A stretch of DNA of 64,000 bases. Source: Sulfurimonas sp. GTDB taxonomy: Bacteria > Campylobacterota > Campylobacteria > Campylobacterales > Sulfurimonadaceae. Every line of letters begins with the position of its first letter. Within the stretch, counting starts at the first letter, position 1. Under the pieces are notes generated by a model. The model was not told where the DNA came from. It was given only the letters and a program-made list of their open reading frames with translations, and made no database searches. Shown piece by piece: positions 56,562 to 64,000 of this stretch. The DNA is taken from the NCBI GenBank assembly GCA_026988235.1, contig JALSLQ010000009.1, positions 5,992 to 69,991 on the forward strand, in the 5' to 3' direction. The position numbers and the translations under genes were made by a program.

Positions 56562-57800
56562 GTGCTTATAGATATGCTGATGGTAGGAACTGTCAATGTT
56601 GCGGCACTTGCAGCTGTTGGTATGAGTATGCAGTTTATGATGATTGTCAATGTATTAATGACTTTGTATGTCATAGGCGGTAATGCGCTCATTTCTCGTT
56701 TTATCGGGCAGGGTAGAAAAAACAGAGCCTCGGCACTTCTGTTTTCACTTGTTATTCTGGCAGTGATTTTAGCTTTTTTCGTAACAATAGGCGGTTATTT
56801 TGGGAGTACACATTTTTATGCTTGGATGGGAGCAACACCTGCTGTTATAGAGCAGGGAAGTATTTACTTTAAAATTCTTTCACTCGGCATTGTCGTTATA
56901 TTTTTAGATAATTTGCTTTACAATGCTCTGAGCGCTGCAGGCGATACGAAAAGTTCTTTTTATATTAAACTCTCTTCGGCAGGGATGAATGCTTTTATGA
57001 ATTATGTATTGATATTTGGGCATTTTGGATTTGAAGCAAGGGGTATAGAAGGTGCTGCCATTGCTACGGTAATCTCATATATATTTAATGTGATTGCCTA
57101 CTATATACTTATAAAAAAGATGAATTCTAGTCTTGATTTTATACCGATTATACGCGCCAAAGATGTTAAAAGAGTTTTGCAAGTTGGTTGGAGTGCAGCC
57201 CTTGACCGTGGCATATCAAGTATGAGCTTTTTGGTTTTTGTCTCCATCATCACTGCTTATGGAACGGCAGAACTTGCAGGCTATCAGGTAGGACTTCGCG
57301 TTGAGGGGATTGCTTTTATGCCCGGCTTTGGTTTTGCCATTGCCGCTATGGCTTTAGTGGGGCAAAATATAGGGAAAAAAGAGTTTGAAAGAGCTTATAA
57401 TATGGGTATTATTTCCGGACGAATTGCTTATAGTTTTATGGGAAGTGTCGGGCTTGTTATGATACTGTTTCCGGAGTTTCTTGTGAGCTTTTTTACCAAA
57501 GATGCGTTGACCATTGCGGTTGCTTCAGAGTATTTGATACTTGTCGGACTTGCACAGATTCCGTTGGCAATTATGTTTGTGTATTCTGCTGCACTTCGTG
57601 GTGCTGGAGCTACAAAAACAACGCTTAAAGTGAATGTGACATCTTTATGGCTTTTTCGTGTGATACCTTCTTATATAGCCTATAAAATGGGTTTTGGGGT
57701 TTTTGTGATTTTTGCAATAATGAATATAGAGACTTTAATAAAAGGTATTATTTACTCGTATTTATACTCTAAAAAAGAGTGGTTATATACCAAAGTTTAA
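56562..57800 (+). CDS. MATE-family efflux transporter. Coordinates start at the first canonical start (GTG), but the conserved N-terminus continues upstream.
   Basis: MATE repeat architecture. In-frame upstream codons (56490-56561) encode SQDTKKVLSLAFPAALKHLVDILQ, the usual MATE TM1 (LA-P motif). No ATG, GTG or TTG occurs between the in-frame stop at 56409 and 56562. Confidence 0.8.
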   Translation: MLIDMLMVGTVNVAALAAVGMSMQFMMIVNVLMTLYVIGGNALISRFIGQGRKNRASALLFSLVILAVILAFFVTIGGYFGSTHFYAWMGATPAVIEQGSIYFKILSLGIVVIFLDNLLYNALSAAGDTKSSFYIKLSSAGMNAFMNYVLIFGHFGFEARGIEGAAIATVISYIFNVIAYYILIKKMNSSLDFIPIIRAKDVKRVLQVGWSAALDRGISSMSFLVFVSIITAYGTAELAGYQVGLRVEGIAFMPGFGFAIAAMALVGQNIGKKEFERAYNMGIISGRIAYSFMGSVGLVMILFPEFLVSFFTKDALTIAVASEYLILVGLAQIPLAIMFVYSAALRGAGATKTTLKVNVTSLWLFRVIPSYIAYKMGFGVFVIFAIMNIETLIKGIIYSYLYSKKEWLYTKV

Positions 57801-57828
57801 TTTTTTTGTTATCATTTTATTAAAATTC

Positions 57829-57852
57829 AAACAATGCATTGTTTAGTTTTTT
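57829..57852 (+). terminator. Candidate rho-independent terminator after the MATE gene
   Basis: 16-bp perfect palindrome AAACAATGCATTGTTT followed by AG and TTTTTT, 29 nt after the stop. The stem is AT-rich. Confidence 0.4.
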
Positions 57853-57895
57853 GAACGGTCTCGTTTATGCCAACTCTCCAAGTCCTTGTTTAGAT

Positions 57896-59167
57896 TTATT
57901 TTGTATTTTCTATATCGAATTTTGCTTTCATTGTAGGGTTTCCATGGATTAATTTTTTAATGGTTAAATCATCAGCTTTATTATTGGCTAAGCGTAAATT
58001 ATTTTCTGATGACAACAAAGCATCTTTTGTTTTTTGAAGATGACTGATTGTCTTGTCAATTTCATCAATAGCTGTTTTAAATTTACGACTAGCTAAATCG
58101 TAATTTTTTGCAAATCCTGTTTTAAATGTATTTATTTTATCTTCAAAATTAGTTATATCTATGTTTTGATTTTTCATCATATTTAATTCTGCTTTATACT
58201 TCATTGAATTCATGGCAGCATTTCTAAGCAGTGTGATTATTGGAATGAAAAATTGAGGACGAACTACATACATTTTTTCAAACTTATATGAAACATCAAC
58301 GATGCCTGTATTATAAAATTCATTATCTGATTCTAAAAGAGAAACTAAAACAGCATATTCACAATTTTTATCTTTACGATCTTTATCTAATTTTGCAAAA
58401 AAGTCTTCATTTCTTTTTTTACTAGCAGTTTCATCATTCTCATTTTTCATTTCAAACATAATTGAAATAACTTCATTGTTCTGTCCATCATTTTCTTTAT
58501 AAATATAATCACCTTTATTACCTCCACGGGCATCATTGTCCTTCTCAAAATAAGCACTTTGGAAACCTGTTGCTCTAAGCTTATTGAATTCAATCTCACA
58601 ATGTTGCTCTAAAGTTTCACCAACCATTTTTGTTGAAAGCTTCTGTTTAAAGTCTTTGAGACGATTAATTTCATCATCTTTCATTCTGATAACTTCATCT
58701 TTTATGACAAGTTGATTTGTAAACTGTTCTTTAATGGATTTCTCAAGTAATTCTTTTTCATTCTCTTTTATTTTTAATTCATGGGTAAGCTCATCACATT
58801 CTTTTTCTATTTTTTTAGTAGCCTCTAAAACCTCAAGCTTTTTTGCACTTTGTGCATTTATGGCTTTAGATTTTATTTCCGAGATTTCTAATTCTTTTTC
58901 TGCTAATTTTTTAATCAGTTCGGACTCACTATTAGCTTTTAATTCAGTAAGTTGCTTATCTTTTTCTGCTAGTTCTTTTTGTAAAGAGTTTTTAATATTC
59001 GCTTCTGCAAGTTTAATCGCACTATCTTTTTCTCTATCTGCTAGGGCAAGTCGATTTTCTAATTCTTCCTCAAACTGACTATCACGAACTTGTTTAAGTA
59101 TATTTTCAAATCCTGACTCATCTATCTTGAAAGCCTTTTTACAATTTGGACAAATGATTTCATTCAT
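57896..59167 (-). CDS. DUF2130-like protein: N-terminal zinc ribbon, long coiled coil, C-terminal nuclease-like domain
   Basis: [20 protein letters not shown] start, then about 180 aa of Glu/Lys heptads, then GDYIY...[10 protein letters not shown] (a D...ExK pattern). Confidence 0.65.
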   Translation of the reverse strand: MNEIICPNCKKAFKIDESGFENILKQVRDSQFEEELENRLALADREKDSAIKLAEANIKNSLQKELAEKDKQLTELKANSESELIKKLAEKELEISEIKSKAINAQSAKKLEVLEATKKIEKECDELTHELKIKENEKELLEKSIKEQFTNQLVIKDEVIRMKDDEINRLKDFKQKLSTKMVGETLEQHCEIEFNKLRATGFQSAYFEKDNDARGGNKGDYIYKENDGQNNEVISIMFEMKNENDETASKKRNEDFFAKLDKDRKDKNCEYAVLVSLLESDNEFYNTGIVDVSYKFEKMYVVRPQFFIPIITLLRNAAMNSMKYKAELNMMKNQNIDITNFEDKINTFKTGFAKNYDLASRKFKTAIDEIDKTISHLQKTKDALLSSENNLRLANNKADDLTIKKLIHGNPTMKAKFDIENTK

Positions 59168-59328
59168 ACTTTTAATTCCTTTATATTCTTACTGTTTTTT
59201 AATTAAGTCATTTACTACAACATTATTAACAAGCATTATATGTAAAAGAATTATTCTTGTCAAATTAAATAACACAAATATCGTTCATTTAATTGTTAAA
59301 AATATGACAAATTAAACTGAAACTTAAT

Positions 59329-60387
59329 CTATCGGAAAAAAACTGTATTTTTATGGTTTTTAACAGTATTTTGAATTGTGTTTCCGCTTGCCTGCATACT
59401 GAGTGCCTGAGGGTATTTTTTGTAATATGTTCGCACAACTTGAGCTAATTTTTCTTTTGCCTGTGTGTCAATTATTTCATTGTCGTTTATAGCATCTGCA
59501 ATGTTTTGTACCAGTTCATCTTGAGGCTTTGGTACTTTTCCTTTCCATGAAAGCAGGAGTTTTTTGTTTACATGTAAAGGCAAAGAACCCATAATACCGA
59601 CATCATTTTGATTGTGAATTAAGAGCCCTGAGGTTGTTCCTCTGTCAAGGGTCAGTACCTGAAAAAGATAGAGTGTGTGGTAATCAAGCTGTTTTTGCAT
59701 ATCTTCTTTTGAAATTTTTGTTCTGTTTTGAAAAGCATTTTGAATAATGTCAATGTATGTGTCAATGATGCCTTCTCCAAAACTTTTTGCAAAGTCTGCA
59801 TCAGCCTCTTTATGTTCTGTTTTATAGTTTTCAAGATAAAAATGGGAGATGCCTCGTGTTCTTTGCAAAGCAGGAATCGTGAAGTATTTATCTCCCTGTG
59901 TTTTGCCTGTTTCATAGTTTTCTCCTCCAAGTTTTTTCAGAGCATCATCAAAAGTTTTTTTATCTTCTTCATTAGCAATAGCAGGATTCAAATCAGCCAT
60001 AATCCGCCAGTACGAAGGCGCATTACGCAACTCTGTCAGACTGATGTGAATATGTACAGAGGGAACATGTGGATTGTCGGGATGGATAATGGTTGAAACG
60101 GCTGTGGCACTTTGAAGATTTTTATCTGGATTGTCATCATAATGCACCTGTGAAACATTGACACTTGCTGTATTGAAAAGCTCTTTGTCTTGTGCTTCAA
60201 ATCTGTTTCCGCCTCCGTGTTGCCCTTCATCTCTGAGCCATGTAACTTCTTTGAACTTTTTATTGGCTCCAAAGTTTTGTGAAAGGGCATCGAGTTTGTC
60301 AACAAATCTTTTTTGTAAAGCACTTACGAGAGTGTATGCCTCTTGTGCTTTTTTTGAATTTGCCATTATCATTGCCATTGTTTTCAT
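59329..60387 (-). CDS. Oxygen-dependent coproporphyrinogen III oxidase-like protein (HemF family)
   Basis: Blocks resembling HemF: WLRDEGQHGGGNRF, ASVNVSQVHY, STIIHPDNPHVPSVHIHIS, WRIMADLNP. The start is ambiguous among several Met codons. Confidence 0.6.
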   Translation of the reverse strand: MKTMAMIMANSKKAQEAYTLVSALQKRFVDKLDALSQNFGANKKFKEVTWLRDEGQHGGGNRFEAQDKELFNTASVNVSQVHYDDNPDKNLQSATAVSTIIHPDNPHVPSVHIHISLTELRNAPSYWRIMADLNPAIANEEDKKTFDDALKKLGGENYETGKTQGDKYFTIPALQRTRGISHFYLENYKTEHKEADADFAKSFGEGIIDTYIDIIQNAFQNRTKISKEDMQKQLDYHTLYLFQVLTLDRGTTSGLLIHNQNDVGIMGSLPLHVNKKLLLSWKGKVPKPQDELVQNIADAINDNEIIDTQAKEKLAQVVRTYYKKYPQALSMQASGNTIQNTVKNHKNTVFFR

Positions 60388-60437
60388 CCTCTTTATTTGT
60401 CAGACAGTAATTTAAATTTTTGTTCAATTTTTGAAAC

Positions 60438-60461
60438 AGCCGGCACTGAAGTACCGGTTCC
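60438..60461 (-). repeat. 24-nt hairpin unit (minus-strand reading GGAACCGGTACTTCAGTGCCGGCT)
   Basis: Read directly. 7-bp stem CCGGTAC/GTGCCGG with one T-G wobble. Confidence 0.8.
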
Positions 60462-60490
60462 AAGAGTGCTGTTAAGTATGCATCTTTTTT

Positions 60491-60514
60491 GGAACCCGTA
60501 CTTTAGTGCGGGCT
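60491..60514 (+). repeat. 24-nt hairpin unit GGAACCCGTACTTTAGTGCGGGCT
   Basis: Read directly. Stem CCCGTAC/GTGCGGG. Relative to the other units, a G-to-C change is compensated by a C-to-G change on the other side of the stem. Confidence 0.8.
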
Positions 60515-60615
60515 TTGTGTCTTTAAAGACTAAAACCTTGGTTCCGAGAAAGCATCAAACTAAATTTTGAATTATCATATATTTATTTTTCATAATTTTA
60601 GCAAGTTTAAGCTAA

Positions 60616-62574
<1,959 letters not shown>

Positions 62575-62586
62575 AAGAGTAATAAT

Positions 62587-62811
62587 TTAGTTATATGTAT
62601 TTATTCTTTTCAAAATATAAAGCCCTGCCACAGAAGATATGACAATATTGATAACAATATAGGTGATATCTGAATCCGTTGGCATGACAAGCAGGTTTTT
62701 GCCTAATTGTGATGAACTATAAAGATGCAAAAATGTAAAAATATAATCTATAATGCTATAAAGAACATAAACTATAACATTGTAATAAACAAAATTTACA
62801 AATTTACTCAT
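62587..62811 (-). CDS. Possible small 2-TM protein
   Basis: Track ORF only. Very AT-rich with no clear RBS. Confidence 0.25.
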   Translation of the reverse strand: MSKFVNFVYYNVIVYVLYSIIDYIFTFLHLYSSSQLGKNLLVMPTDSDITYIVINIVISSVAGLYILKRINTYN

Positions 62812-62829
62812 ATTTATTTGTATGCTTTT

Positions 62830-63144
62830 TTAATCAATTGTTTCGTAAACTTCTACTTCAGGTCTGCCTGCAAACCAATCACGCGGAGGCATATTTTCGT
62901 GCGATTTTTTAAAGGCATCACTTTGTGTATATGCCATAAAACTTTTCATATCTTCCCAAATGGTTTCAATGATAAACATATTGTTTTCACTCATATGAGG
63001 AACAGATTGCGGTGCGAGTAGTTTCATATCTACAAATCCTGCTTGTTTGTCCATTTCATGTTTGACAACGGCTTCTTTTAAATGTGTTGTATACTCTTTG
63101 AAAAACTCTTCTTTGATTGGAAATTTTGTAAAAACTGTAACCAT
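62830..63144 (-). CDS. ABM-domain (antibiotic biosynthesis monooxygenase / heme-degrading monooxygenase-like) protein
   Basis: 104-aa ferredoxin-like fold pattern (MVTVFTKF...IIETIWEDMKSFMAYTQSDAFKKSH). ATG at 63144 with AAGGA upstream. The longer track ORF start at 63240 would run into the MITE terminal repeat. Confidence 0.65.
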   Translation of the reverse strand: MVTVFTKFPIKEEFFKEYTTHLKEAVVKHEMDKQAGFVDMKLLAPQSVPHMSENNMFIIETIWEDMKSFMAYTQSDAFKKSHENMPPRDWFAGRPEVEVYETID

Positions 63145-63292
63145 AATTAAATCCTTGTATTTTAAAATATTTGTTTCAGTAAAAGTGTAGCACTCGTTCG
63201 TAAAGGAATGGTAAAGCGTTGAAAAAACACGGTAATTCAAAACCCAGCTATTTTTATATTTTGAATCTAGGTTTTCAAGTTAATGTATTTTT

Positions 63293-63316
63293 GGAACCGG
63301 TACTTTAGTGCCGGCT
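63293..63316 (+). repeat. 24-nt hairpin unit GGAACCGGTACTTTAGTGCCGGCT
   Basis: Read directly, inside the MITE-like element. Confidence 0.8.
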
Positions 63317-63339
63317 ATTGCAACTTTCTTGCCACTCTC

Positions 63340-63363
63340 AGCCCGGACTAAAGTCCGCGTTCC
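63340..63363 (-). repeat. 24-nt hairpin unit (minus-strand reading GGAACGCGGACTTTAGTCCGGGCT)
   Basis: Read directly. The wobble position of the other units is converted here to a G-C pair (T-to-G paired with G-to-C). One stem mismatch remains. Confidence 0.75.
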
Positions 63364-63454
63364 AAAAATCAACAATTTTTTAATATATAACTGAGTTTTG
63401 AATTACCGTGTGAAAAAAAGATTTAAATCAGGGAAGATTGAATATGATGTCGCT

Positions 63455-64000
63455 ATGAAAAGATTAGATAGTTACCTTGTGAAAAATGATTTTGTCGAAA
63501 GTAGGAATAAAGCACAGACTCTTGTGAAAGAGGGGTTTGTTTATGTTAATGATAAAGTCATAAAAAAATCCTCTTTTGGAGTAGATGAGTATGATGAGGT
63601 GGTCGTGGCACAACATAAAGCGTATGTCTCTCGCGCTGCTTTGAAACTTGAGCATTTTTTAGAAGAAACTGGCTTACATGTAAAGGGTAAAATAGCCTTG
63701 GATATTGGCTCTTCTACGGGTGGTTTTACTCAGGTGTTGCTTGAGCGTGATGTAAAAGCGGTTAGTTGTGTGGATGTGGGACGAGAACAGTTGCATCACT
63801 CCTTGCGTGAAGATAATCGTGTAAATGTTTATGAAGGGTGTGATATTCGTAAGTTTGAGTCGAATGAGCCATTTGAGCTTATTGTTAGTGATGTTGCCTT
63901 CATCTCTTTGCTTTATATTTTGGATGATGTTGACAGACTTGCATCGGGTGACATTGTTTTACTTTTTAAACCGCAGTTTGAGGTGGGGCGTGAGGCAAAG
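63455..64000 (+). CDS. tlyA: TlyA-family rRNA 2'-O-methyltransferase (hemolysin A-like), 3' end outside the window
   Basis: Own translation from the ATG at 63455: MKRLDSYLVKNDFVESRNKAQTLVKEGFVYVNDKVIKKSSF (S4 domain) ...ALDIGSSTGGFTQVLLERD (SAM motif). The frame is open to the window end. It is not in the ORF track because no stop lies within the window. Confidence 0.85.
   Translation, partial: MKRLDSYLVKNDFVESRNKAQTLVKEGFVYVNDKVIKKSSFGVDEYDEVVVAQHKAYVSRAALKLEHFLEETGLHVKGKIALDIGSSTGGFTQVLLERDVKAVSCVDVGREQLHHSLREDNRVNVYEGCDIRKFESNEPFELIVSDVAFISLLYILDDVDRLASGDIVLLFKPQFEVGREAK

Larger units (their letters stand above)
60403..60579. mobile_element. Degenerate copy of the MITE-like element seen at 63228-63410
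   Basis: The ends GACAGTAATTTAAATT and ATTTTGAATTATCATA match the 16-bp TIR of the intact copy at about 11/16 and 12/16 positions. Similar length (about 177 bp). It contains the same 24-nt hairpin units. Boundaries are approximate. Confidence 0.45.
63228..63410. mobile_element. 183-bp MITE-like non-autonomous element with perfect 16-bp TIRs and 8-bp target-site duplication
   Basis: Left end CACGGTAATTCAAAAC (63228-63243) is the exact reverse complement of the right end GTTTTGAATTACCGTG (63395-63410). TGAAAAAA directly abuts both ends (63220-63227 and 63411-63418). It has no coding capacity. Confidence 0.7.

Noticed and set aside
63145-63240. Longer start for the ABM-domain ORF (track 62830..63240)
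   Set aside because: The extension would begin inside the MITE terminal inverted repeat and adds 32 non-domain residues. The ATG at 63144 has an AAGGA RBS and gives the usual domain length of about 100 aa.

Overview
This is an AT-rich, gene-dense chromosomal window. Its gene content and synteny look like a denitrifying member of the Campylobacterota (epsilonproteobacteria): cts-type transformation genes, Csd4/Csd6-like cell-shape peptidases, flaG, and a nirS/norCB island. Assigning it to a Sulfurimonas/Sulfurovum-like genus is only a guess.

Layout:
- 1-5.6 kb: housekeeping genes (ftsX-like fragment, envC-like, thrC, proC, proA).
- 5.6-25.6 kb: a denitrification / NO-response island. It holds a Crp/Fnr regulator, a DUF2249 / NnrS-like / DUF59 operon, heme d1 and siroheme genes (nirDL-like, sirC-like, nirJ, nirF, cobA/nirE), nirS, norCB, a cytochrome c peroxidase, a membrane-anchored pentaheme cytochrome, and several small unknown membrane proteins.
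- 25.7-37 kb: rsmH, an RND pump, a truncated globin, tRNA(CAU), an mltC-like gene, a thiF-like gene, xseB, metX, metY and yebC.
- 37-54 kb: one long minus-strand array with a cts-like type II/IV secretion (natural transformation) cluster, peptidoglycan shape peptidases, era, hslUV, rplI, an FTR-rhodanese fusion and argG.
- 54-64 kb: flaG, MFS and MATE exporters, a DUF2130 protein, a hemF-like gene, ligA, an ABM monooxygenase and the 5' part of tlyA.

I saw no CRISPR array, prophage, integrase or recognisable defence system.

Main findings from reading the sequence:
1. TTGAT-N4-ATCAA (FNR-type) boxes sit at three intergenic sites. Each is centred about 41.5 bp upstream of a start site inferred from a TAnAAT-like -10 hexamer. 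They tie several unknown genes to the nir/nor genes.
2. An uncharacterised operon, sirC / 125 aa / three-CXXCH peroxidase / 4TM+pentaheme fusion / thioredoxin-like, is driven from one of these boxes.
3. A 183-bp MITE-like element has perfect 16-bp terminal inverted repeats and an 8-bp target duplication. A degenerate second copy is present, and both carry 24-nt hairpin units with compensatory stem changes.
4. A MATE gene has a conserved N-terminus with no canonical start codon.

Every function call comes from by-eye motif recognition. No database search was run.
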